A stretch of DNA of 64,000 bases from Eledone cirrhosa (taxonomy: Eukaryota): contig OZ024742.1 of assembly GCA_964016885.1 (NCBI GenBank), positions 249,550,001 to 249,614,000 of the forward strand. The letters run 5' to 3'. Shown here piece by piece: positions 13,237-27,779 of this stretch; the stretch's first letter is position 1; the number at the start of each line of letters is the position of its first letter. The notes beneath the pieces were generated by a model. The model was given only the letters and a program-made list of their open reading frames with translations, had not been told where the DNA came from and ran no database searches. Both the position numbers and the translations under genes were made by a program.

Positions 13237-14129
13237 ACTGCACTCTCTGTCTGTATATATTATGCAAAAATGCAAAATCGGCGCATGTGGCTTCATTAGC
13301 GGGTGTCGCCTAATCAATAACTAATCGATCAACAGAATCCAAACCCCAGCCCATACAGGCTATGACTTTTTTTGATGGCCGACACAGTAAAGTGATTAGC
13401 AACTGGAATCTGCTACAACTCTGTCCCCCGACCAGCCACCAATTTAGAAGCTTTACGTTGTGGCGGGGGAGTAGAAAACAAATATTTTCGTTCCCGTCAA
13501 AAGCACTCAGCCAACGTGTCTCAAACACAAATTAATAAGATAGTGAAAAATTGGTTATTAGAAAGAGCAGTCCCACATCGATGTATAATAGAATGGTAGC
13601 ATTCGGCTCATGTCTCCAAGTCCCATGGCTAGGGGAAAGCGATAGTAACAATGGAAGTGCCAAGACCCTTTATCGGACATTAAATGCCAGTATCTATTAT
13701 ACAGCGATATAGAGTAGCGAGCTGGATTGCGACAGCCACGTGTGTCAACCAGTATATTTCACAACTTAAAAGAGTGAGAGATGAAGTTAATAGCAGGAAT
13801 TAGAGCTCATATAAAAACAAAACACAATTAAAAAAGTGAAAAATTGTTTAATATATATATATATATGTACATATATATATAGGAGTGGTAACACAACAGT
13901 TAGTTCACCATATCGAGAACAATTGTTTCACCTTAACGGATCTTCAGCTCGTAATGGACATGGTTATACGGAACAGGAAGGGCAACCGTATGAACGCGCA
14001 TGCGCAGGAACGGTCAATTCGCACAGGCAATACAAAATTGTGTGCGAGATGTGTAAGGGAGATAACTGCGAAAGTCCGAAAGTTTCTAGTTGATAAGGAA
14101 ATTAGGATGCTGTTGTTCAATCCGGAGCT

Positions 14130-14935
14130 TTGTAGTTATGTAAGAGATGTTTCCAGATATGTGGACAACGTGTGAAGAATTCAACACTTGATTTTAGGCA
14201 ATCGCTATTGCGTAATTTCTTTAGAATATTTATCCGTTCATCAATGCATAGTCCACAAGACGGATTGTTCCTTGCGTATGCCTTGGACTTAGTGATGGCT
14301 TTCCATTGAATGGAGTAGTCTATACTTGAGTCCTTGAGGGACCATACGTGGCTCGCTAGTTTCGTGGATAATCGTTTGTCCGGTGCCTAAAGGTCGACTG
14401 ATTGTTCAGGAAGCGTTCCTTAAATCGGCCCTGCACCACACCCACATAGTATTTGACCTCCTGTGGTTGATTTGGTCGGTTGGAAGTGACCACAGCTTCA
14501 TAAACTACGGAGGGTGTTGCATTGCTGTTGAAGGGGACAAGCTTCAGCTTTCGGCAAGAGCACCATGGTGGGGTGTTGCTCTTAGGGCTGTTGGTGATGT
14601 GGGCCTTGATATTCTTAGCGCAGGAGTACCCTAGTTTTGTAGAGCGGAATTTGTGACTTATGTGAAAGTGTCTCTCTAAGAGGGCTAAAAATTATTTTCC
14701 TACATTAGTTTTAATGTTGAGTGAGAAGGGAGGAGAGAACCAGATAGTTTGTCGATTGTTACGCTTTTTTTTCTTATTGCTGTTGTTTTTAGTGGGAGAG
14801 TAAATGATAGGTTGTGAGAAGCCGCTGTTAGCTAACGCCGTGTTATAGTAGGGTGCCGCTCTGTCAAAGACAGCCTTATTAGAGGGGAAGTTAGAGGTTC
14901 TAGTACTGATATTATTTACGAAGTTTCTACCTATC
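14130..14935 (-). pseudogene. Penelope-like element RT tail + GIY-YIG (degenerate)
   Basis: Minus translations AAPYYNTALANSGFSQP, QTIWFSPPFSLNIKTNVGK, KLASHVWSLKD..IQW..CGLCIDE..EFFTRCPH are homologous to 20250-21348. Confidence 0.85.
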
Positions 14936-14990
14936 TACCTAACTCGTCCCATGGACTGAGTGCTCTACCACTACGGATATTACCTTCCAG

Positions 14991-15101
<111 letters not shown>

Positions 15102-15204
15102 GAAGATATGTTATGTCTTCATTAAGTTTATTGAGTAGTGACTCACGTTTAGCTAAAGCTGATCAATAGCGAAAAGCGCGTCACTACTCAATAACTGTTA
15201 CAAT

Positions 15205-15243
<39 letters not shown>

Positions 15244-15285
15244 TATATATATATACATGTGTGTGTGTGTGTGTGTGTGTATATA

Positions 15286-15811
15286 CTAGCTGAGGTACCT
15301 GGTAATAACCGGGAGCGGGGCTATTCCTAGTTCCCATTAAAATGCTCAATGCCTCTAAAATGAAATAAAAATATAGGACATATAATCAAAAGCGAAGACA
15401 AATTCATTTACGAAACAATAATACAAACAAATATTGTTGATTGAATTGGCCAGGCCAAAAAATGTTTGTCAGAGAAGTTGAGTGTTGCTATAAGGAAAAT
15501 AATGGAACCCCCATTAGGGTGTCTTAATTTCATTGAAATTTGCTGAAAATTTGTGAATAGGCATCATATTTTTTCATTTACCATTTATTTTAATTTTATA
15601 TGAATTTAAATTTCATATGAATAGAAGAGAAGATTTTTAGCGGGGGTTTGAGCCCCGGCGAACCCTTTGTTTAAAATGAAATATACGTAAGAAATCAATT
15701 GGGCATGAGCCCCATACACGTGTCAAGTTTCATCAAGATCGGTTTGGTAGTTTTTGAGTTTTAGGTTCACTAACGAAACGAACAAACAGACAGAAATTGC
15801 ATTTTATGTAC

Positions 15812-15815
<4 letters not shown>
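15286..15815 (-). mobile_element. Non-autonomous Helitron-like element
   Basis: Minus 3' end cccggttattaccagg..CTAG|T; 5' part ataaaatgcaatttctgtctgtttg..aaccgatcttgatgaaactt resembles the 6936 element. Confidence 0.65.
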
Positions 15816-15893
<78 letters not shown>

Positions 15894-15905
15894 GTGTGCG
15901 TGTGC

Positions 15906-15960
<55 letters not shown>

Positions 15961-15994
15961 CGTGTGTGCATGTGTGTGTAGGTGTGTAGTGTGT

Positions 15995-16175
15995 AAGGAT
16001 TGGCAGTATCGGTAGAGGGTCGGGAGCCTGCTTTGTAGCAAAGAGTTTCGGCCCTTTATGGTCTGAGTTAAAATCCCGCCGAGGTTAACTTTGCCTTTCA
16101 TCCTTACGGGGTCGATAAAATAAAGTAGCAGTAATACACTGGGATAATTGCTGGCCTTGTGCCAAAAATAAAAAA
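15995..16175 (+). mobile_element. tRNA-derived SINE (Meta-like)
   Basis: tggcagtatcggt A-box-like, gagttaaaatccc B-box-like, shared core. Confidence 0.85.
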
Positions 16176-16589
16176 AAATAATTTCTCCTGTATTGAAGTT
16201 AAGCACGTTCATTAACTTCTTTTTATGTTTGTTCTGATTGTGTTTTGGCAAAGAATTATATCGTTATACGAACATGTATTTACATTTTCTTATAGGAGAG
16301 GCTGGAGAAGAATTGCGTTTACATTAATCATGTGGAATAATCTATGAAATGTGACGTGTTGATAGAGGAATAGAATTGTTTTGACACGCATGTTTTTGAT
16401 TCAATGGTGGATTGAATCAGCTCATGTTATTTTCTTTGGCGCAATGATCTTATTATTTGTAGACAGAGGATAGTTGCATTGTATTTGAGAATTATCTATG
16501 GGAGTGTGTCTTGTGGTAGCTGTCTTCGTCCAAGTGAAATTATCTTCCTCATCAAATATGAAGACTGTTTATAGGTTTACTAATTGGGG

Positions 16590-16664
<75 letters not shown>

Positions 16665-16837
16665 TATATGTGTGTGTGTGTGCCTCATTCATATGTGTGC
16701 GTGTCTATATATCCATATGTAGAGAAGCTAATGATCTAGGAGATAATATAATGAAGAAAACATGAAAGCCGACATGTTAGACAAGTAACATGACACCAAA
16801 CCGGAAGTAGATGTTGTAATGTTTAATGATGCAAGTT

Positions 16838-16923
<86 letters not shown>

Positions 16924-17041
16924 GTATATATATATATGTATATATATATACGTATATATATATATATATATATATATATACGTATATATATATATGTATA
17001 TATATATAAATATTTTATTTATATATACATATGAATATATG

Positions 17042-17080
<39 letters not shown>

Positions 17081-17082
17081 TA

Positions 17083-17138
<56 letters not shown>

Positions 17139-17171
17139 TATATATGTGTGTATAGGGAGGGAGATATACGC

Positions 17172-17202
<31 letters not shown>

Positions 17203-17541
17203 TTTATATTTATGTATGTGTGTTTGTGTTTAGACTGCACTAAACTGCACCATCCTATACATATGCATACATCGTTGCTTTACATAAAAATTGGCAGATT
17301 GTACAGATTCCTATTACAATCCACTCGTGCACGCGTACGTGTGTATGTGTCTGTTTGTCATTCCTTTTATCAATTTCCGTCTCGTGCCATGCTCTCAAGT
17401 TACTCCCTCTTCAAAACCTCTGAATTGCAATAGCAATCTATTTGGCTCATTCACTCTCTCTCTCAATATATGTATATGTATGTACGTAATATCTACACAT
17501 ATGTATATATATATATATATATATTTATAAATAGACACACA

Positions 17542-17630
<89 letters not shown>

Positions 17631-17671
17631 TCACTCACTCACTCACTCACTCACTCACGCACACAAACACG

Positions 17672-17732
<61 letters not shown>

Positions 17733-17763
17733 ATATACATATATATGTATATATATTTATATA

Positions 17764-17971
<208 letters not shown>

Positions 17972-18180
17972 TATATAGGTATATATATATACCTATATAA
18001 ATATATATATATAAATATATAAACGGAAAAATGAAACGAAATTTCATTTCTCACTCTTAGTACGGCTGTTACTTAAATCCATACGTACATATATATATAT
18101 ATGTGTGCATGTATGTATATATACATACTACTGTACGTCTGAGTACATATATGTATGTACGTATACATATCTATATATAA

Positions 18181-18342
<162 letters not shown>

Positions 18343-18855
18343 ATATACATATTCTATATCTCTTTTCTTCCTTAGTATCTCTTTCCTCAGTCCCTCAACA
18401 CAATCGATCTATCCTACAGTAATGTTATTTTAACAAACCATGCTTTACAACATGTATATTATTAGCGTCACTCTAGTTAATGGCGAAGATATGATAATGT
18501 TGATTTTGACGATATTAGCTAGTTATTGCAAAGATAGTGCTGATGACGATGATGATGATCGTGTGTAAGAGGTGAAAGAGGAGATGGAGACTGATATAGA
18601 GGAAAGCTTGATGAGGACCAGACGTCGTATACGCCTCTAAATAATAATCACTTTATTTGTGGATACATGGATCAACTTGGGGGAAATTTACATCATCAAA
18701 AGTCAAACTGGCGTTTCTGTGCATATAATCATATGCATGTATATGTGTGTTTTTTGTCTGTGTGTGTGTGTACGCGCGCGTGCCAGTGCGTGCGTGTGCG
18801 CGTTTGTGTGTGCGTATGTGTGTGTGTGTGTATGTATATATAGTATATATATATG

Positions 18856-18894
<39 letters not shown>

Positions 18895-18896
<2 letters not shown>

Positions 18897-19072
18897 CGAA
18901 GGAAATGTGGTAAGGAACCAGGTGGACCATAACGCACCAAAGTACTCAATACTTGAGGTAGTAGAGTGGGTAATAGGAACCAGTAAGACCCCGACAGCTG
19001 AGCTCAAGCCGTTTCGACGGCAGAATTAGCCGTCGAAACGGCTTGAGCTCAGCTGTCGGGGTCTTACTGGTT

Positions 19073-19076
<4 letters not shown>
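18895..19076. mobile_element. Fold-back family P (3' half-hammerhead hairpin)
   Basis: Near-perfect palindrome 18974-19076 centred ~19025; GAAA-cggcttgagctcagctg-TC-ggggtc; homologues at 24600, 38600, 50660, 55290, 56270, 57475, 63930. Confidence 0.75.
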
Positions 19077-19121
<45 letters not shown>

Positions 19122-19126
19122 ATGTA

Positions 19127-19185
<59 letters not shown>

Positions 19186-19194
19186 ATGTATGTA

Positions 19195-19286
<92 letters not shown>

Positions 19287-19313
19287 GTGTATAAAAATCA
19301 ATACAATAAATAA

Positions 19314-19389
19314 TTACCTCATTACCAGAGGTTTCCCGAATGAGGCGAATACGAAAAAAACGTCTTCATTCGTTCGTCAGACGAGGCAA
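19314..19389 (-). ncRNA. Type I hammerhead ribozyme (inverted pLTR)
   Basis: ttgcctcgt-CTGACGA-acgaatga...tcattcgg-GAAA-cctctgg-TA-atgaggtaa; 9-bp stem I. Confidence 0.88.
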
Positions 19390-20152
19390 TATAAAAGATG
19401 GCTAAATACTTGGAAAGTCTCATCAAGAAAAGCAAAAAAAATTATATAAATATAGATAAAGGAATTATAATAGCCATATGAAATATATAAAAATCTTTCA
19501 AGAAGTATAGTTAGGTGTGTGTATATGTATGTATATACGCTCACAGATGTACATATGTGTGTATGTACAAATGTGTATGTATAGTGAAAAGGTGTGCGTA
19601 AATATATGTGTTAGGGCAAGTGTATCTGTGTATCTGTAACTACAGACAGACATGATATGATTGTCCGTTTGGCAGGCACACAGAATAACAGGGTAATAGA
19701 TACATTATAAGAATATGAAGGCACGCGCATAAACACACACACACGCACGCACACTTATATGCGGAAGAAAAAGAGGTAAGGGAGTGTAATAGTAAAAAGA
19801 AAGTATCATTCTCGATATATTTATAAAAATGGAACAATAATTTAGAAAGAAAAAATTTGGAAAGAAAAAATTAAAGAAAAGAAGACAAACAAGACACACG
19901 CGTACACACACACATATATCTACAAGAAACGTATATCTATAAGAAATATATATATATACACGCAAAAACGTGCAGACAAAAGCTTATGCAAGCATACATA
20001 CGCACACAGGATGCACATATATACGTATATACTCCTCACCCCATGTATATCTAATCACGCGCACGCACGCGACTGTATATACACTCACACACACACACAA
20101 AAATATACATGCCTATATACATACGCACACTTACACATTCATACATTCAATA

Positions 20153-20190
<38 letters not shown>

Positions 20191-20250
20191 TACACTCACG
20201 CATATTGACCTGTTTACATGCACACACATAAAAATGAGGATGTAAAAAAA

Positions 20251-21348
20251 GAAAAATTTCCTAACCATATTTTTGGGCTTTATCGCGACGATGGTCTAAT
20301 ACTTTCCCATACCACCATAGGCCATAACTTAGATAGATTAAGGAAAGACTTAATAAAAACCTTCGCTAGTTTTAATCTTAAAATTACTATTGACACTAAC
20401 CTTTCCAATGTAGAGTTCCTAGATATGAACCTAGATTTGCCTACTGCTTCTTATAAACCATACCATAAACTTAATGAAAACTTAAAATATATAAATAAAG
20501 GCTCTTGCCATCCTCCTATAGTTTTTAAAAACCTTATCCCTAATATTAGCCGTAGGATCTCCACCCTCTCTTCCTCAGAAGCTATTTTTAATAAGGCATC
20601 CCCCTTCTATAATAAAGCCCTCCAAAATAGCGGTTTTAGCGAACCGATTAAATAGATACCCAACTATACTAACTCTATTAAACATAAAAACAGGAAAAGA
20701 AAAATAATCTGGTTCACACCCCCCTACACTCTAGCAGTTAAAACTAATGTAGGCAAACAATTCCTAGAGCTCCTAGATAAACATTTCCCTAGAATACATA
20801 GATACTATAAGATCTTTAATAGAAACTGTGTCAAAATTAGCTACTCCTGCGGTTCCCCTATTAAATCCTATATCATCAACAAAAAATCACCTAGAGAACA
20901 TCAAAATTGCTCCTGTAGAATCAAAAGTGAATGCCCATTACAAGGTAAATGCAACACCAAAGCCATTTTATATGCGGCTAAAGTGACAACCATCAGCAAC
21001 AACCATCCAACCACCAGTGAACGATATGTGTGTATGACGCAAGACAAATTCAAAACGCGTTATTACTCACATGTCGCATCCTTTCGACATCCAGAAAAAA
21101 GATTTACAACAGCTCTGGCTAGCAGAATATGGGATTTGAAAGACCAAGGTATCCAATATAAATTGGATTGGTCAATTTTGAACCAATCTAAAGAATATGC
21201 AAGAGGAACAAGAAAATGCACGCTCTGCATAAATGAAAAATATTGGATCTTGCAAAATCTTAAATTACCAAAGACCTGCCTGAACACAAAGACAGAAATT
21301 TTCACCAGTTGCCCACACATGAATTCACACCTGCTTTCCAGCTCATAA
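20251..21348 (+). pseudogene. Penelope-like RT (YRDD) + GIY-YIG, one in-frame stop at ~20653
   Basis: GLYRDDGL, VEFLDMNLDL, KIIWFTPPY, CSCRIKSECPL, YVCMTQDKFKTRYYSH; ORFs 20218 and 20983 are in the same frame. Confidence 0.9.
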
Positions 21349-21444
21349 ACTTAACACACTTTCAGATACTTATCCTCCATAAACTCTTATTATTCTCTTT
21401 ATGACTACCCTTTCTGATTTACTTTCATTTTTATCCTTTTATTA

Positions 21445-21900
21445 ATTTCATTTTTATTTTTATTTTTATTTTTATTTTTATTTTTATTTTTATTTTTATT
21501 TTTATTTTTATTTTTATTTTTATTTTTGTTTTTGTTTTTGTTTTTGTTTTTGTTTTTGTTTTTGTTTTTGTTTTTGTTTTTGTTTTTGTTTTTGTTTTTA
21601 TTTTTAATTTTAATTTTAATTTTAATTTTAATTTTAATTTTAATTTTATTTTTTATTTTTATTTTTATTTTTATTTTTATTTTTATTTTTATTTTTATTT
21701 TTATTTTTATTTTTATTTTTATTTTTATTTTTATTTTTATTTTTATTTTTATTTTTATTTTTAATTTTATTTTTATTTTTATTTTTATTTTTATTTTTAT
21801 TTTTATTTTTATTTTTATTTTTATTTTTATTTTTATTTTTATTTTTATTTTTATTTTTAATTTATTTTTATTTTTATTTTTTTTATTTTTTTTATTTTAT
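21445..21900. repeat. (TTTTTA)n hexamer array with TTTTTG/TTTTAA blocks in the PLE 3' region
   Basis: Direct reading. Confidence 0.95.
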
Positions 21901-23154
21901 TTTATTATTATTATTATTATTTTTTTTTTTTTTACTTCACATCCACCAATAACCCCCCCCCCCCTTTGTTCTACGTTTCACTTACCTAATATCTTCACTT
22001 TCCACTTTTTACTTCCCTATTTTCTTCACTACCTGATTACAGAATTCACTTGCGTTTTCCACCCCAGATATTTTCTGTTATTTCGCAGCCAATCTTATAA
22101 TTTTATATTTGTACTTACTTATCCACAAAGCTTTTTACACCCTGTATCTATGTGTCAGAGTGCCTTAATGTGTGTATACTTTCTATATATGTACACGAAC
22201 GCCACCGTATGTGCGCGCGCGCGCGTGCGTGTATATATATATGTGTGTGTGTATGTATGTGTGTTTTTATATCTGTGTTTTTACATCTATGTTTTTTGTT
22301 TTTTTGTTTTTTTACATCCTCATTTTTATGTGTGTGCATGTAAACAGGTCAATATGTGTGAGTGTATGTATGTGTGTGTGGGTACGTACAGAATGAATGG
22401 ATGTGTAAGTGTGCGTATGTATATAGGCATGTATATTTTTTTGTGTGTGTGTGTGTGAGTGTATATACAGTCGCGTGCGTGCGCGTGATTAGATATACAT
22501 GGGGCGAGGCGTATATACGTATATATGTGCATCCTGTGTGCGTAAGTATGCTTGCATACGCTTTTGTCTGCACGTTTTTGCGTGTATATATATATATTTC
22601 TTATAGATATACGTTTCTTGTAGATATGTATGTGTGTGTACGCGTGTGTCTTGTTTGTCTTCTTTTCTTTATTTTTTTCTTTCTAAGTTTTTCTCTTTCT
22701 AAATTATTGTTCCATTTTTATAAATATATCGAGAATGATACTTTCTTTTTACTATTACACTCCCTTACCTCTTTTTCTTCCGCATATAAGTGTGCGTGCG
22801 TGTGTGTGTGTTTATGCGCGTGCCTTCATATTCTTATAATGTATCTATTACCCTGTTTTTCTGTGTGCCTGCCAAACGGACAATCATATCATGTCTCTCT
22901 GTAGTTACAGATACACAGATACACTTGCCCTAACACATATATTTACGCACACTTTTTCACTATACATACACATTTGTACATACACACATATGTACATCTG
23001 TGAGCGTATATACATACATATACACACACCTAACTATACTTCTTGAAAGATTTTTATATATTTTATATGGCTATTATAATTCCTTTATCTATAATTATAT
23101 AATTTTTTTTGCTTTTCTTGATGAGACTTTCCAAGTATTTAGCCATCTTTTATA

Positions 23155-23230
23155 TTGCCTAGTCTGACGAACGAATGAAGACGTTTCTTTCGTATTCGCC
23201 TCATTCGGGAAACCTCTGGTAATGAGGTAA
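23155..23230 (+). ncRNA. Type I hammerhead ribozyme (3' pLTR)
   Basis: ttgcctagt-CTGACGA(23164)...GAAA(23209)-cctctgg-TA-atgaggtaa. Confidence 0.85.
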
Positions 23231-23386
23231 TTATATTGTATTGATTTTTATACATTAAATTTTGCTCTGGTACTTACATAGAGCACTCTTCACTTCTATC
23301 ACCTTTTCTGTTTTCAACGGAAATTTCAATACTTATATATATATATATGTATATATATACATGCATATATATATAAATATATATAA

Positions 23387-23417
<31 letters not shown>

Positions 23418-23476
23418 TATATTTACATATACTTATATACATATATGTATATATAGCATAATCTATAAAGCTCAGT

Positions 23477-23959
23477 GTGTGGTCATGCTCCTTTCTTATA
23501 GAAGAAACAACAACAGCCATCCGCAGAGCCATCAGACGAGAGGGACTGGATATCCAACTGGCCCACTCGGGTCCTTCTCTGCGCGGACGGCTGGCTAAGA
23601 GACACTCCACCAGACATGACAACTGCTGCAGACTAGCCAACTGCCCCATCAACGACACAGACCTATGCCACCAGGCTTACGTAGTATACAGACTAGAGTG
23701 TGACAAATGCAACAACTTCTACGTAGGTAGCACCACCAGACCACTCCACATAAGAATAAAAGAACACCTCAATACTAACGCTTCCTCATTTAAGAAACAC
23801 CTAGTTAAGTGCAAAAACACCGATAAAAACATAACAGTCAGGATAGAAACTAAGGAAAGAAACCTCGGCAATCTTAGAATTAAGGAAGCACTTATTATAG
23901 ATAGAACACATCCACCAATCAATAATAGACTAGAGCTCAACACCCAATTTAATACCTGA
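23477..23959 (+). pseudogene. Penelope-like GIY-YIG endonuclease 3' fragment
   Basis: VVYRLECDKCNNFYVGSTTRPLHIRIKEH...LRIKEALII..PPINNR. Confidence 0.9.
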
Positions 23960-24337
23960 TAGGGCCTCTAGCCCCATGTTTACACACCCCACACACACGC
24001 ACACGCTTACACCTCCAATTATTCTCTCTCACACATACACACACAAAACCAATTCTAACACCTACCCCCCACTTTTACGATTAGACCTATCTTCCCACAC
24101 TCACACACACACACCCACATACCTACACCTTCATGCATTCTCCCACAAACATATACAGGCACGTATATAAAATAAAAATTAAAAAAACCCTAAACAAACC
24201 CCTCTTAAAGGGAGACTACTCTTTATCCACTTAATTTTAATTCTTTGATATTAGAGTTAGAACAGATACTCTATACTATTTCCGGTCAGCATGGCTTGGC
24301 TAGAGATTTAAAGACGCTGGTTTGAGACCTTTACTTC

Positions 24338-24372
24338 CCTCCGAAGAAGAGATATTATCTCGAAAATTAAGG
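24338..24372 (+). ncRNA. Minimal hammerhead-like motif (CCGAAGA) downstream of the PLE ORF
   Basis: cct-CCGAAGA-a-gagat-att-atctc-GAAA-at-TA-agg. Confidence 0.6.
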
Positions 24373-24486
24373 ACATTTAAATAAATTCAAGGTGAAAGAC
24401 GAATTCACATCAATATCTTTCACTATTGCATTCTTTTTTCTATGTCCATACCTGCATTGTCTTGGCCTTATTACACATATTCAAAC

Positions 24487-24524
<38 letters not shown>

Positions 24525-24525
24525 G

Positions 24526-24600
<75 letters not shown>

Positions 24601-24648
24601 AAAAGGTATGACCCCGACGGCAGAGCGTTTCGACGGCTATTTCTGGAC

Positions 24649-24679
<31 letters not shown>

Positions 24680-24714
24680 GGTGTATGTGCGTGTATGTAT
24701 ATATATATGATTAT

Positions 24715-25125
24715 ATATAAGTATGTATACGTACATACATATATGTATACAGACGTACAGTAGTATGTATATATATACATACATGCACACATATATATAT
24801 GTATGTATGGATTTAGCGAGCATTTATTATACTGCTTGGTTTGTTTGTAAACAAACATCCCGAATTAAGCCGTACAGTGTTTACCAACCATCGTTGCCCT
24901 TTTGTTCAACATTGACAAAGGAACGATGTACTAGTTTCAAGCTTATTTGTTATCGTCAGCACCGTATACCTTCCTGCCAAATGATTGAACGTCTGAAAGT
25001 ATATACTTTCCTTATGCATATTAACGGCTGAGCAGCCTAATTTGCATATCGAGTGAGTTAATCGGCCGGGCGCACCGAAAACGATAAATGGAAATAATGA
25101 AACGAAATTTCGTTTCATTTCTTCC
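24715..25125 (-). mobile_element. Dispersed copy of retrozyme family A
   Basis: Homology to the array unit; acggtg-CTGACGA...GAAA-ctag-TA-catcgt at ~24923-24965; octamer at ~25040. Confidence 0.85.
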
Positions 25126-25134
25126 ACTTATAAT

Positions 25135-25278
<144 letters not shown>

Positions 25279-25284
25279 TATAAT

Positions 25285-25325
<41 letters not shown>

Positions 25326-26089
25326 ACACATATATATATGAGATATGAAACAAAAAGTGTCGAGCGTAATGTGGATATATATATCTGTATTTGCGATAAT
25401 ATATATGTGTGTGTGTGTGTTGGTATGTCTGTGACTGTGTGTATATATGCTTAAAAACGCAATGTTTGTGGGGGTGCAGTTTTGAGGGAACATGGCGTCG
25501 TTTAATTATAAAATGAAATACTTTCTATCTTTTGGGATATTGCAGCATAAAAGATGAAAGGGATGCAGCCACAAGAGTGCTGAATAGATTTTTAGATAAG
25601 TCAACTATACAAACTTCTTCTTCTTCATCTTCTTCTTCTTTCTTCTTGTAATCATTGTTGTTATTGTTGTTGTTATTGTTGTTGACTTTCGTGTGTTATA
25701 GTTGTAAAGCCGGTTTTGACATTGTTATCGTTGTTGCTGTACTTGTTACTTTTGTTTTTGTTGTTATTTTTAGTTGTTATTTACTTTGTTGCTTTTATTG
25801 TTTTTGGCGTTGTTGTACTATTATTAATGTTGTTGTTGTTGTTGTTGTTGTTGCTATTTTTGTTGTTTGCGATGTTGGGTTTGGTGTTGTTGATGTTATT
25901 GTTAATGTTCGTTATTTTGTGTAGTTGCAATTGTTATCATCATTATTATGGTTGTTACTGATGTCATGCTGCTATTATATATCAATATCTCTCCATTGTA
26001 TTCTTCTCATTTTGCTTCATTGTTTCAACTGATATTTTAGAGATTTATCAGTTATGTAGATTATGTGTAACATGCATTCGTGCATGCAT

Positions 26090-26362
26090 GCCCTCATGCG
26101 CTGCCAGCCAGCAAGTCAGACCGGTGTTATTCCCGGTTTCATGACGTGAAACGACTGAGAGTACATAACTTTCCTCTGGATAGGACGCCAATCCATCACA
26201 ATGTTAAACCCCCAGCTAATGCTGTTACTCATTTCCACTTGAGTATACAGGAGCAACGTGAAATGAAGTGTTTTGCTCAAGAATATAACACACAATCCAG
26301 CCCAGGAATCGAACCCACGACATTACGATCGTAAGCCCAACACCCTTATCACTAGTCCAAGT
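26090..26362 (-). mobile_element. tRNA-derived CORE-like SINE
   Basis: gggttcgattcctggg B-box; ttgagcaaaacacttcatttcacgttgctcc core; related to 35997 and 27350. Confidence 0.75.
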
Positions 26363-26444
26363 TGTGGTATTTTGTTGGGTGGCAATTGTGTAGAATGTAT
26401 TATATATATTACTGTTACTTGGTGATTGTGTATATATGTGTTGT

Positions 26445-26665
26445 CTTATATTATTGGGTGTTGTGTGGTTATGTAGAATATGCTGTGTGTGTTGTGATAT
26501 TATACAGAAGGCATGTTGTGTGGGCTGTGTCATACTATTGGGTGGTGTGTGGTTATGTAGAATATGCTGTGTGTGTTGTGATATTATACAGAAGGCATGT
26601 TGTGTGGGCTGTGTTATACTATTGGTTAATGTGTGATTATGTAGAATATGCTGTGTGGGCTATGT
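26445..26665. repeat. ~78-bp tandem repeat (about 2.5 copies)
   Basis: tgtggttatgtagaatatgctgtgtg repeated. Confidence 0.85.
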
Positions 26666-27111
26666 TGGTGTTTTTCTTTAGCCATAAACCAATACTAACC
26701 AACGACCTTATCATTTTTTAATAGGCAGAGAACATAAGACCAAATTATAAAGCGTGTCTTTCTTCATGGTGTTAGTTTGTGATTAGATGGATATTTAGCA
26801 ACCGATTTTAGCAAATCGAGTGATTATTTCGAGGCTTGCTATTTATTTACTTTTGTCTTTTTTTCTTTTGTATATTTTTTTTTGCGTCTGTTTTAACAAA
26901 CTTGTCTTTCCTCATTTATTCTTCAAATATTCGACTTTGTCAATTTAAACAAGTTTTAGCAACGCTTGGCAAATTTCTCATTCTTTTGTATATTTCTATA
27001 CAGCTAAGTAAGCAAAGAAATAATGGAGCATGGCTAATTAAGAAGACATTAGGAATCTTTACATATTAATGATTTATATAAAGACACACATACACACGCG
27101 CACACACACAG

Positions 27112-27144
<33 letters not shown>

Positions 27145-27233
27145 GAGAGAGAGAGATAGAGAGAGAGAGACTCATACCTATATACAGATATACATACGCA
27201 CACACACACACACACAGACAGACACACACACAT

Positions 27234-27344
<111 letters not shown>

Positions 27345-27779
27345 CGTGAGTGTGCTTTAGTGGTTACGACGTTTAGCTCACGATCATAGATTCGTGAGTT
27401 CGATTCACTACGGCGAGTTTTGTCCTTGAGAAGTGACTGTATATTATGAAAGTTACCTTTAATTATAGTGAAATGCCATGCCACAATATGTATCATGCTA
27501 AATATCTTGGAGAATTAGGTTAATAACATACTTGCTTCTAGAATCCCTAGCTATTTCCACGTTAGTTTCACGTACAGGCGACTTCGTTATTCAAAGAGAA
27601 ACAATCATCGTAGGAACTAACGGATATCCAACAACGGTAAACACACACACTCACTCATAAATATAGAGATAGATAGATGGATAGACATATATATATATAT
27701 ATATAGATAGATAGGTAGATAGATAGATAGATAGGTAGATAGATAGATACACATACACACACAAATATAGAGATAGATA

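Larger units (their letters stand above)
19283..23260 (+). mobile_element. 5'-truncated Penelope-like element with inverted pseudo-LTR
   Basis: 19283-20250 is an inverted copy of 22309-23260; ORF in between; HHR in each arm; (TA)n flank. Confidence 0.92.
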
